Source of the DNA: a virus
Lineage: Duplodnaviria; Caudoviricetes
Virus record (IMG/VR): IMGVR_UViG_3300042010_000129
Span: 96,001-160,000 of that record
Direction: 5' to 3' (one strand)
Length of the DNA stretch: 64,000 bases
The translations under genes and the position numbers were made by a program. This document shows, piece by piece, positions 50,114 through 59,069 of the stretch. The notes beneath the pieces were generated by a model. That model had not been told where the DNA came from. It worked only from the letters and a program-made list of their open reading frames with translations, and searched no databases. Numbering within the stretch: position 1 is the stretch's first letter; each line of letters opens with the position of its first letter.

Positions 50114-50515
50114 TTACTCCACGAACAGTGTGATTGTTGCAACGTCGTCACGTGCCATCTGACGTTTGATTGTGTCGCTGGTGATTTCCACCGGCAACCA
50201 ATCGCCTGCGTCTTGCTTGTATTTGATTTGGTCGGGCATCCAATAAACGATATGGATATTCGGCGCCAAATCACCCGGCAGGTTTTTGTAATACTCGATG
50301 CATTCGTCTACCCGGCCAACACCGTGGCAAACTGCAACCGCTTTGCTTGGCTTCTGGAACTCGCCCATGACGCGCAGTTGTTGCGGCAACAAATCCTGAT
50401 CGGCAACAACCACGATAAGCGACTCGAAACGCTCCAGACGCTTGCCGATGGTGTGGCCCAACAGAAACGTCGATTGTGAACGGTCGGTGCCGGTAATCAC
50501 GTTGTAGGTTTTCAT
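50114..50515 (-). CDS. Possible degenerate P-loop protein
   Basis: YNVITGTDRSQSTFLL...LIVVVAD. Confidence 0.35.
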   Translation of the reverse strand: MKTYNVITGTDRSQSTFLLGHTIGKRLERFESLIVVVADQDLLPQQLRVMGEFQKPSKAVAVCHGVGRVDECIEYYKNLPGDLAPNIHIVYWMPDQIKYKQDAGDWLPVEITSDTIKRQMARDDVATITLFVE

Positions 50516-51219
50516 TCTGGTTTCTCCAAAAGAGTCAGACCGTGCCCATAGATTGCCTCGATTGCTTCGTATGCCTCTTCCTCAGATGCATACGTCCAAC
50601 GACCGGCAGGTTTATCACCCACATACAGCATCGAATTTTCTTGCGCCTTTTGCGGATCTACTTCGTTGACCACCAGCACCCACGCATGGAAATTCCATTC
50701 GTCTTTCCCGCCTGTGATTTTGTACGGCGTCAATTTGCTTTCGCCCTGCGCGACAGACTTGGCGAATGTGTCACCGGTAATCAGGCACACAGGGTGTTTT
50801 TTGTAACGTTCACGCTCGCGATTTTCACGCAGACGCTGACGACGCATTTTTTCTTCTTTCGCGTCGTCTTCCCGGCGTTGTTCTTTCTCAGCAGAAATGC
50901 GCAGCGTGCCCGCCGTGATTTCCTGTTCGAGTTGCTTGGCGTATTCGGTGCCGTCGAACGAACCGCTTTGACTCAGAACGCGCTTGGCTTTTACCGAAAT
51001 TGCCGGATGATCATCCAGTTTCTTTTTCGGCACCAAATCAATAACTGCGGCCAGTGCGAATTCCGCTTCGGTACGCATGTCGTTGACACGGTTCAGTCGG
51101 TTCATAACCGCTGTCTGCATTGCGAGAATAAGCGGCCCCATCCATTCCGGGTTTTCTTCGATAACGTCCATCACGTTTTGGAAGAACCGTTCTTTTTTCA
51201 TCGGATCGAAATCGTTCAT
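50512..51219 (-). CDS. Hypothetical protein
   Basis: 235 aa; charged central helix. Confidence 0.6.
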   Translation of the reverse strand: MNDFDPMKKERFFQNVMDVIEENPEWMGPLILAMQTAVMNRLNRVNDMRTEAEFALAAVIDLVPKKKLDDHPAISVKAKRVLSQSGSFDGTEYAKQLEQEITAGTLRISAEKEQRREDDAKEEKMRRQRLRENRERERYKKHPVCLITGDTFAKSVAQGESKLTPYKITGGKDEWNFHAWVLVVNEVDPQKAQENSMLYVGDKPAGRWTYASEEEAYEAIEAIYGHGLTLLEKPE

Positions 51220-51827
51220 TCTTCGGCTTCCTCTTCTTCCAGTGTCCCTAACAAATCGGCGTGGTGCCGGGACATGTGTTCGCTAATGTTCGCCATCAGT
51301 GCAGCGGTCATTTCGAGAAACCGTTTGGTGAAGGCACGCTCTTTATACAGGAACAGCTGACGGTCGCGCTGGTCACGCAGGCCACGCCACAACCTCACCA
51401 GATCCTGCGGTTTATTTTCTTCGATGAATTCACACAGCAATTTGTGCAAACCTTTTCTGTACCATTCCACCATTATTTCGGTGTCGTGGTCACGGTCGTA
51501 ATCACCCAGTGTCACAGGCAACACTAGACGCCAGCGCTCAGGTGCCGACGCAATGAAATCAATTGCAGCCACCGCGCCGTTGCCATAACCGAGGCGAATC
51601 AGTGCATCACGTTCGTCGAAGGCTTCCACAGAATCCATCTGCGAATTCTTGCTGCGCCAGTGAACCCACCACGTGCCCAGCGTGCGAATTTCAGTGTTGC
51701 CGTTTTTCATCGACAGGCGCAGGTCGCCCAACCGGGTAAAGAAACTGATTTCTTCAGCCGTTGGATTTTGGTAATTCTTCAGGTCGAAATGCGCCAGCAA
51801 ATCGTCAATCAACTTTTCGTGATTCAC
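51216..51827 (-). CDS. Hypothetical protein
   Basis: GTGA overlap start. Confidence 0.6.
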   Translation of the reverse strand: MNHEKLIDDLLAHFDLKNYQNPTAEEISFFTRLGDLRLSMKNGNTEIRTLGTWWVHWRSKNSQMDSVEAFDERDALIRLGYGNGAVAAIDFIASAPERWRLVLPVTLGDYDRDHDTEIMVEWYRKGLHKLLCEFIEENKPQDLVRLWRGLRDQRDRQLFLYKERAFTKRFLEMTAALMANISEHMSRHHADLLGTLEEEEAEE

Positions 51828-52585
51828 TTGCCGTTCTCCACATTCATTTTCACGTCGTGTGTACGAACCAGAACCCACACCTTCGTCGGCTCGACTTTGA
51901 TTTCCGGCAAAACGTAATTGCTGGTAATCGAATAATGCTCAAGCGCCGGAACGAAAGTGAATGGGCCACCTTCGATGAAATTGCCGTGTGCTTCAGGTGC
52001 GTGCCCATCGACGTAAACCTGCCCGACAGGCGAACCGAGGGAAAGCGTCATGTTGTTGAAATGGTGGTGCGCCACACGTTCGCTTTCGTGAGTGTTGTAG
52101 CAATTGTCCACCACGAAATAATCGTGACCGGCCAGAAATTTGTAGAACGTATTCTGACCCAAGCGATTCAATTTCACCCACGCCTGAATACCGATACGAA
52201 TTGCGTTGTCGTGGCCCTGCGCCTCGCGTGTGTAGATCGTGAATTCGATCCACTCCGGGGCTTTGGTGATATCCCGAACGAAGTTGGCGTACAGCGCACA
52301 GCAGCACGCCAGACGCAGGTAATCTTCGACCGCTTTCGTTTCTTCGTCGGTGGTCGGCACGTGCAACTGTTCGTGCCAATCCCAATCAATACCATCGCCG
52401 TGGGTTTCCACTTTCTTGCGGTACACGTTGATCGTGTTTTTGTTGAACTTGATGCGGACGCCTTCCGCCTGAATCAGACAGCCCCAGCGCGACGGTTCAT
52501 TCTCGAACGGAACTGCACGCGCCGTGAAATATTCCAGCACGAAATTAATGTGTTTTTGTAGCGGATGTGGTGCAGTCATTCTCAT
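51824..52585 (-). CDS. Hypothetical protein
   Basis: ATGA overlap start. Confidence 0.6.
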   Translation of the reverse strand: MRMTAPHPLQKHINFVLEYFTARAVPFENEPSRWGCLIQAEGVRIKFNKNTINVYRKKVETHGDGIDWDWHEQLHVPTTDEETKAVEDYLRLACCCALYANFVRDITKAPEWIEFTIYTREAQGHDNAIRIGIQAWVKLNRLGQNTFYKFLAGHDYFVVDNCYNTHESERVAHHHFNNMTLSLGSPVGQVYVDGHAPEAHGNFIEGGPFTFVPALEHYSITSNYVLPEIKVEPTKVWVLVRTHDVKMNVENGK

Positions 52586-53346
52586 ACGTCCCATTCATGA
52601 GGAAAAATAAGCGGCAGCGGCATTTGATCGCGTGGAACGAGTACGAGGAAATTATCCTGCATTACGCGGCCCTCTACGATTTGAATGCCTACGGCTTCGC
52701 ATTCTTCTTTGTTGTTCACGACCATTTTCTGACGACGCTCAAACCACGCCAGCACCATGTTCGTATCGACCGGCAAATAATCGAAAGGCTTGTAGGCACT
52801 TTCTGCAAATACTTGGAACGGCCCCTGATTCAATTTCGTGAAGTCTTTTTGCTTGCGCAAGAAAGGCTTTTTCACGCCGACGAATTTCGCCTTTGTTCCT
52901 GAGTCACTGATCACGCGCCGGTAAGCTTCGTGATTGGTGTTCAGGCCACGCACGCGGTACAGGGCATAGATGCTTATATAATCTGCATCGTCCCAATACT
53001 TGCGGCCCTTCAGGAAAGAACGCTCGCCAACTGCAAACACGATTTCCGGAACATTGAAGCCCGGCATTGTGCGCCAGCGTCGGAACTCCTGCGCGATATC
53101 CGCAACGCCTGTCAGCGCTTCGAGTGCAGTATCGGAATAGCGAAACTTCCCGATAATAATTGGCCCCATCGTTGCGAGATTTACGATGTGGTCAGAATAC
53201 GCGTAGGCTCGAATCACGTATTCGGTTGCGGTGAACGTGACAGACAGCCCATCGGTCGCGACTTCATTTTCAGAATCCGCAAACGGCACCGTGCGACCAT
53301 CCAGCAGGTCAATAAAGTGCTGCTGAAATTGTTTATCCTTATCCAT
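52582..53346 (-). CDS. Hypothetical protein
   Basis: 254 aa; N-terminus resembles that of 51824-52585. Confidence 0.6.
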   Translation of the reverse strand: MDKDKQFQQHFIDLLDGRTVPFADSENEVATDGLSVTFTATEYVIRAYAYSDHIVNLATMGPIIIGKFRYSDTALEALTGVADIAQEFRRWRTMPGFNVPEIVFAVGERSFLKGRKYWDDADYISIYALYRVRGLNTNHEAYRRVISDSGTKAKFVGVKKPFLRKQKDFTKLNQGPFQVFAESAYKPFDYLPVDTNMVLAWFERRQKMVVNNKEECEAVGIQIVEGRVMQDNFLVLVPRDQMPLPLIFPHEWDV

Positions 53347-54448
53347 TGTTCACGTCCATAAGTTTGGCGATCACGTTGTAGAAATCGCTGATTTCGATTC
53401 GGTTCGCCGTGTGCAGTTCTTTACGAACAAACGCGCCGTTCTTTTCCATCACGAAAATCAGATAGGCCTGATTGTGATGATCCATTGCCGTGACCAGAAC
53501 GCCCTTGTGGTTAGGGCAATCATGGCGCACCACTTCGAATTCGTTGGTGCTGCGAACGAACGCGACCAAACGATCATCAGGGCAGTACGTCAGGCGCTCT
53601 TTAAGGCCTTCTATGGCCGCGTAACCAACGCCGTCGTGAATTCCCATCAGTCCGTTGTGCGGTGCGCCTGTAATCGCTTGCAGAACGAAACCCACAATGT
53701 CTTGACCTCGGGTTGGCAAATCGAATTGACTCACGTCGCCATGCGCCGTTTCGATCAGCACGCTTTTACTCGACTTGCGGTATTTGATCGTTACGTTGCC
53801 ACCGATTGTCCAGACGGTGCCGACGCCTTCGGGCCAGTATTCGAATTCACGATCATGCAACGCCGCGCAATGTTCCAGCGCACGCGATAACTCGTCTTCG
53901 TTTTTCGGTATGCCGCCAAAATCTGCGATAAACGATTTCCAGCGTTCCAGAAACTGCGCCATTTTTTGTGCGCGGTATCCGTCTTTAAACAGGCTGCGCA
54001 ATTCCATCACGGCGTTTGCCAGCAGCAAATGTTTTGCAGCCACCGGCACACGCACAGGACGCACAGTGTCATCGACCACCACGCCGTTTGCCACGCTGAG
54101 CATCGGCAATTCCCCACGCACAAATTTCATGAGGTTACGAACGTGCAGACCGGCCCACGGAAATACGACGGCTTGCATTGTGTGTTGCCGGTGAACTTGT
54201 GCCATGTCGTACAGGTGGTTCATGAGGCCGTGCGCAACAGCGGTCGGATTGTAGATATCGAAAGGCTCACCGACTTTCGGAAACACGTTGCCGAAAATGG
54301 TGCGGTTCTTGCGCCCGAATTTATCGAACACCTCAACGCAGAAATTCGCGGGCTTATGCATATTGTCCTCGAACACCACGTCGTACATTTCGTGAAACCC
54401 GCGATGGTCGGTAGCCATTTCCAAAACTTGATGCGGAGACAGGTTCAT
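53339..54448 (-). CDS. Hypothetical protein
   Basis: 369 aa. Confidence 0.6.
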   Translation of the reverse strand: MNLSPHQVLEMATDHRGFHEMYDVVFEDNMHKPANFCVEVFDKFGRKNRTIFGNVFPKVGEPFDIYNPTAVAHGLMNHLYDMAQVHRQHTMQAVVFPWAGLHVRNLMKFVRGELPMLSVANGVVVDDTVRPVRVPVAAKHLLLANAVMELRSLFKDGYRAQKMAQFLERWKSFIADFGGIPKNEDELSRALEHCAALHDREFEYWPEGVGTVWTIGGNVTIKYRKSSKSVLIETAHGDVSQFDLPTRGQDIVGFVLQAITGAPHNGLMGIHDGVGYAAIEGLKERLTYCPDDRLVAFVRSTNEFEVVRHDCPNHKGVLVTAMDHHNQAYLIFVMEKNGAFVRKELHTANRIEISDFYNVIAKLMDVNNG

Positions 54449-54849
54449 GCAGATTGTTCCTTATATTCGTCTTCGAAGGATTCGCGAAGCCCGGTGGCCT
54501 CGGCTAATTTTTGATCCCAATTTCGCAGATAGGTATTTTCGTTACCTATGTGAATCATTTGGGGTTTCCCGGTAACTGGATTGCACACCGCAAAGCGATG
54601 CTTAATCTGGTTGCCGTCTTTCACCGTGTAATGCGTGATGCCCACGGGAAGCTCACTCGTTTTATTTGAGCGAGCTTTTGTTTCGAGTTTACGCGGTGGT
54701 GCGTCTTCAGGTTCGATTTCGCGCACAGCAGCGGCATACGACTGCTCACGGCTACCGAAATCAATATCTAAAAACTTTGTGCGCTGGGTTCCAAAGCGCT
54801 CGGGGATATACCATCCGGTTTGAATGGCGTTACGATAAATCTTTTTCAT
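54445..54849 (-). CDS. Putative AP2-like DNA-binding protein
   Basis: TKFLDIDFGSREQSYAAAV and NKTSELPVGI...QKLAEATGLR resemble tandem AP2-like modules. Confidence 0.4.
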   Translation of the reverse strand: MKKIYRNAIQTGWYIPERFGTQRTKFLDIDFGSREQSYAAAVREIEPEDAPPRKLETKARSNKTSELPVGITHYTVKDGNQIKHRFAVCNPVTGKPQMIHIGNENTYLRNWDQKLAEATGLRESFEDEYKEQSA

Positions 54850-55478
54850 GGTTTGGCATAATATACACTCGCTTCGTGGGCCGGAATAACGGCACTCATA
54901 AAATCACCCGTGGGCGAAGTGAAAACGTCGAGGCGCCTGAATTCTTCTTCAAGCTCTTCGATTTGTTGGCGATTCTCCATCTGCACCACGAATGCATTTT
55001 CACGCACCGGGCACAGCGTCCAGCAATAACGGTCGGTGCGCAAATGATTGCGCCGCGTGTCGATCCAGATTTTCTTTCCTGCACCGTCACCAACGTAGGC
55101 GTAACGACGCGCCTCGGGCACGTGGTCAAGATCCACGCCCAACACATCAATAAACTTACGGCGGAACTTAGGCGAGACTACAGACGCCCCACGCACCCAT
55201 TTAGAACGCGTCTCGGGTTTGCATACAAGGTCGAGGTTCACACCCTGCCGTTGCAGTTCGAGAATGTGGTAAGCGTACAGGGCCAACCGCCATTCATTTT
55301 CGAAGTCGTCTAGAACGCTAAGCGCTTTAACCTCTTCCAACGGCGGCAAATACATTCCCGTGCCGTATGCGTGCAGCGTTGCAGTTGCACGCTCAACAGA
55401 CCAATCCATTTTGGCAGCGAAAGGATCGACGATAGAACGATTGCCTGCCATAGCACCAATCGACGAATAAAACATCAT
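54846..55478 (-). CDS. Hypothetical protein
   Basis: 210 aa, GAGGG SD. Confidence 0.6.
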   Translation of the reverse strand: MMFYSSIGAMAGNRSIVDPFAAKMDWSVERATATLHAYGTGMYLPPLEEVKALSVLDDFENEWRLALYAYHILELQRQGVNLDLVCKPETRSKWVRGASVVSPKFRRKFIDVLGVDLDHVPEARRYAYVGDGAGKKIWIDTRRNHLRTDRYCWTLCPVRENAFVVQMENRQQIEELEEEFRRLDVFTSPTGDFMSAVIPAHEASVYYAKP

Positions 55479-55528
55479 GAAAAACCCTCTGATCCCGATT
55501 TGGTTTCTTAAAAAATTTACTGCCGTGT

Positions 55529-55563
55529 AAAAAATAAATGGGCCACCTATCCAAGCATGGCCC
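55529..55563 (-). terminator. Intrinsic terminator
   Basis: GGGCCA...TGGCCC-ATTTATTTTTT. Confidence 0.7.
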
Positions 55564-55569
55564 GGCGCG

Positions 55570-57072
55570 TCAGACGAAAGTCACGCTGTTCATAAAGAAC
55601 GAATCGTCATCAGGGCTGATACCTGTTTCCGGATGGAAATTCGATTCGGCTTCCGCGCTGATCGGCAGATGCATCACGTTATGTTCATCGACATAAATGC
55701 CGTGGATATTCAGAATCGCACGACCAGCATTCAAATTGCCTTGGTGTTCACGCAGACTGGCAACGCCGCGATGTGGGCCGTTGTCATAAACTTTGTTGTC
55801 CAGATAATAAACGCGGAAATTCATTTCATGAACAGACATTCTGTATTCGTCGAACGCGCCCGCCGAATCCTCACGTTCGAACAAAACGCCGCGTGGTGCG
55901 CCAGCCGCCAGCAACAAAAATTCTGCTGCTGTAAAATGCGCGCCGTTGTCCGTCAGACGAATCGACTTACCCGGCAACGACGACATGAACGCAGACGGGT
56001 TTTGCGGAATGTCTTGGATGATTTCGAATTCCATCCCGGCAACGGCCTTGCGGTCGAAGCCTACGCCTTTCAGAACGGTTTCCAGTTGATCACCGCTCAG
56101 GGTATCGAAGTAATGGAAAACACGCTCTACGGCGTCCTGTAGGCTCGCTGTAGTGGCGAAGAACGAATAGCCTTGCTTGTCCTCGCCTACGATCACTTCT
56201 ACGCGATCCTTGCGCACCACGGCGCGGAATACGCTGGTGATGAAAGTCCACGAAAGATCGCGAACGTCAGCGGCGTTATTTGCATAATGACGGAACGTGG
56301 TCGGCCACAATTCCAACATTGCCCGGAACGCTTTGAGTTGCGACAGACTTTCGTAATCTTGAAAATCGACGTGCTGCACATTGCGTTCGTAATCGTCGGT
56401 CAGGTAATGCACCCGATTCAAATCGCGCTCGGTGAACAGGTCGTAAACTTCATCACCGGCAGAATATGCAGGAAGCACTTTCTTTTTCGGTGGCTGTTGG
56501 AATTCGTCGATTTCCAGCGGCGAACCTTCGCACAGGTAAATGCCTTGGCTCTCCAGTTCCTCTAACGTTTCGTCGCTAGGAGTTGCCACTTCGTCACGCC
56601 AGTTTTTAATCGACTGCGCGCTGTACAGCTTTTGCACCAATGCGATTTGATCCGCCGACAACTGACTGAGGTTGTAGCTAATCAACGCACGGCGATATGC
56701 GCGGTTCACGTCCTGCCTGCTGCAACTGCTCATTGCAATAAGCATATCGTTGGTGATGTGGCGGATTGCGTCCGGTTTTTCACCTTCGGCATAGTCGATA
56801 TACAGACGCGCCGAATCCATGTCATCGAAAGCACCCGCGTAATTTTTCAGCGCCGAGTGTTGCTCATTCCACAGTTTGCGGAATTGCAGAGGCTTTGCCT
56901 TTTTGATCGGGGCCGACGCAAAGGATTCAGTCGGGCGCACCAGACGACCTTTTGCGACAGGCTTTGTCTTTACAGGTTTTTTCTCGACGACAGGTTTTGC
57001 AGCCGCTGGCTTTTTAACAACCGCTTTCTTTTCAGTTGGCGATTTGGTCACTGGGTTAGATTTTGCAGCCAT
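55570..57072 (-). CDS. Hypothetical protein with Lys/Pro/Ala-rich (histone H1-like) N-terminus
   Basis: 500 aa; AGGAG SD; KKAVVKKPAAAKPVVEKKPVKTKPVAK. Confidence 0.65.
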   Translation of the reverse strand: MAAKSNPVTKSPTEKKAVVKKPAAAKPVVEKKPVKTKPVAKGRLVRPTESFASAPIKKAKPLQFRKLWNEQHSALKNYAGAFDDMDSARLYIDYAEGEKPDAIRHITNDMLIAMSSCSRQDVNRAYRRALISYNLSQLSADQIALVQKLYSAQSIKNWRDEVATPSDETLEELESQGIYLCEGSPLEIDEFQQPPKKKVLPAYSAGDEVYDLFTERDLNRVHYLTDDYERNVQHVDFQDYESLSQLKAFRAMLELWPTTFRHYANNAADVRDLSWTFITSVFRAVVRKDRVEVIVGEDKQGYSFFATTASLQDAVERVFHYFDTLSGDQLETVLKGVGFDRKAVAGMEFEIIQDIPQNPSAFMSSLPGKSIRLTDNGAHFTAAEFLLLAAGAPRGVLFEREDSAGAFDEYRMSVHEMNFRVYYLDNKVYDNGPHRGVASLREHQGNLNAGRAILNIHGIYVDEHNVMHLPISAEAESNFHPETGISPDDDSFFMNSVTFV

Positions 57073-57092
57073 TGGGTGTTTCTCCTAAAGGC

Positions 57093-57115
57093 GGGGGCCG
57101 CGTTGGCATGCCCCC
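57093..57115 (-). terminator. Hairpin / weak terminator before SD
   Basis: GGGGGC...GCCCCC-GCCTTT-AGGAG. Confidence 0.5.
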
Positions 57116-57126
57116 TGTTCGGTATT

Positions 57127-57933
57127 TTAGTTTTTGACTTCTTGCGCTGCCAGTTCGGCAAAGCGCGAATCAATCGTGCAGAGATATTTCAAGATACGTT
57201 TCGGGAAATTCAGAACCGAAACCGCACCGCTGTAGATTTCATGCGACGACGATTGACCGCTGTTCATGTCGTGGAAGAACAGGAGTTCGCCAACCGTCAT
57301 TTTGTAATAACGAGTGTGGCCGTAATTTGGCACACGCTCTTGCAGACGTTTCCACGCTGCATCCGAACCACGCCCAAGCATGAGCAATTCGAATTCGTTT
57401 TTGCTTACAACAGTCAACACATGCACGTTGCCGAAACGGGTCACGGTGTTTTCAAACCAGCGCGCACGGAATTCCTGATCAACAAGGGCCTGCACATATT
57501 CAATGCGCTCGCCAGTTTCGTCAGCGATGATTGCCATTTGCTCGGCAGTAGGAACAAACGTGCCGTTGTGGCGGAACAATTGTTCGCGCAGATTTGGAAG
57601 CGGCAACGATTTAAACGTTTCCATGTACAGGTTCACAAAGTCGGTGAACGGTGTCGCGGTTTCCGCTTCGTCGAAATACTCGCCAACCTGATAAACGTGC
57701 GAACGTTCAACGCGGGTTTTCTTTCCACGGATCAGCCATTGCTTGGCAACGCCCAACTGGCGAACGTCGAGCATTGTCCAAACATTCGGGCACGCCTGAT
57801 TAAAAAGCAGGTCGGCTTCCTCACGGGACAACGCAATTACGTGCGCTTCCATTTTCTTCACCACGGTATCCAACACGGTGAAAATGTAGTGGAACGAATA
57901 AAGCGAGCTAGTGGTACGTGCATTTGCAGCCAT
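57127..57933 (-). CDS. Hypothetical protein
   Basis: 268 aa, GAGG SD. Confidence 0.6.
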   Translation of the reverse strand: MAANARTTSSLYSFHYIFTVLDTVVKKMEAHVIALSREEADLLFNQACPNVWTMLDVRQLGVAKQWLIRGKKTRVERSHVYQVGEYFDEAETATPFTDFVNLYMETFKSLPLPNLREQLFRHNGTFVPTAEQMAIIADETGERIEYVQALVDQEFRARWFENTVTRFGNVHVLTVVSKNEFELLMLGRGSDAAWKRLQERVPNYGHTRYYKMTVGELLFFHDMNSGQSSSHEIYSGAVSVLNFPKRILKYLCTIDSRFAELAAQEVKN

Positions 57934-57952
57934 TGATGAAACCTCGTAGGGG

Positions 57953-58204
57953 CTAGTAGAAACACAAAAGAAGAAACAGCAGACCGAACATCACCATATT
58001 GGCGCGTTCGACTTTGGTTGTGCTTGGATCGGTGGCGCGTCCAACAAAGAACAGCGCAACCACACAAACCAGAAAACCGATGATACCTATCACAGCGTGC
58101 GCCGTTGGAATGCGTAACGCAGTTCCAAACAGCACTATAAGCAGCCCCACAAAACCATAGTGGGGGCGCATCCATACAGCATGCCTAGCTTTCATTGTAC
58201 CCAT
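57953..58204 (-). CDS. Three-TM membrane protein
   Basis: Three hydrophobic segments. Confidence 0.6.
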   Translation of the reverse strand: MGTMKARHAVWMRPHYGFVGLLIVLFGTALRIPTAHAVIGIIGFLVCVVALFFVGRATDPSTTKVERANMVMFGLLFLLLCFY

Positions 58205-58339
58205 CGAAACTTCCCTTAATCCGTGAGGGTTGTAAGACCGGGCAGCGAATGCCCAGCCGCCATACTGGCATCGCTAGGCGTCCGGTGTCAAGTTCTCCAC
58301 ACGGATCAAGGGTTTAGGCTCTGAAGCTGCTGTATGGCG
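58205..58339 (-). ncRNA. Putative structured leader/ncRNA, overlapping a possible sigma70 promoter
   Basis: 13-bp stem 58213-25/58300-12, 8-bp stem 58258-65/58332-39, and a local hairpin. TTGACA-N18-CAGTAT with TGn. Confidence 0.4.
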
Positions 58340-58798
58340 TTAGGCGTCGGTAGCCTCGGCAAGCAGGGCCGCGACCTTTGCCAGCTTCACGGCTTCGTGC
58401 TGCTCGGGCGACATGATCGAGGCCAACCCGGCGTCGATATCGAACCACTGACGTTTGCGCAGTTCGAACTCTTCCCAACTCACATACGACAGGAAAGAGG
58501 CGCGATAGAAAATCTCACGCTGAATCTTTTCGTCGTGGGTATCAGTTGCCGGGTAATGCAAAACTTCGTCGTAAATCTTTTCGTGCAGTTGAATGCCGAC
58601 GCCTGCCTCTTCAGCATATTCCTTCTTGGCGTTTTCTTCAGGCGTCAAACCTTCCTCGACGCCACCTTTCGGCAAAACCCACAGGCCGGGGAATTTCAAA
58701 GACGTGACCAGCATCACTTTCGAAAGGGTGTTATCCAGCATCACGGCGCCGGAAGTGGTACGGGTGTAATTCAGGTTTTCAGATTTTTGAACGAACAT
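58340..58798 (-). CDS. NUDIX hydrolase
   Basis: WVLPKGGVEEGLTPEENAKKEYAEEAGV. Confidence 0.9.
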   Translation of the reverse strand: MFVQKSENLNYTRTTSGAVMLDNTLSKVMLVTSLKFPGLWVLPKGGVEEGLTPEENAKKEYAEEAGVGIQLHEKIYDEVLHYPATDTHDEKIQREIFYRASFLSYVSWEEFELRKRQWFDIDAGLASIMSPEQHEAVKLAKVAALLAEATDA

Positions 58799-58823
58799 GC
58801 GTATTCCTTAAATGGTCAGCGAA

Positions 58824-59069
58824 TTAATAACGTGCAGAGTTTTGGCGAGCGGCCTGCGCCAGCATCACAAGGTTTTCCAGATCGTCGAAACCTTGCCAGC
58901 CCTTGCCGTTGTGAATTTCCATCCCGGCCACCACGTCAGTTTTGCACACGTGGTCAGAAAGATCAGAGCGATACGATTCCTCGGATTCGTTTTCGAGCGG
59001 GGCACGGAAGCCATACATTTGTGCAGCGCCTGCCAACTGCGTCATATCTTTGAATTTGGTACGCATCAA
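58824..59069 (-). CDS. Hypothetical protein
   Basis: 81 aa. Confidence 0.5.
   Translation of the reverse strand: MMRTKFKDMTQLAGAAQMYGFRAPLENESEESYRSDLSDHVCKTDVVAGMEIHNGKGWQGFDDLENLVMLAQAARQNSARY

Noticed and set aside
58205-58339. Twister ribozyme or c-di-GMP-I riboswitch call
   Set aside because: CCGUGAGGGU..UAAG and GCCUAAAC resemble parts of these RNAs, but the twister AAGC/T1/T2 pairings and the riboswitch GAAA-tetraloop and GCAAA junction are missing. Kept only as an unclassified structure.
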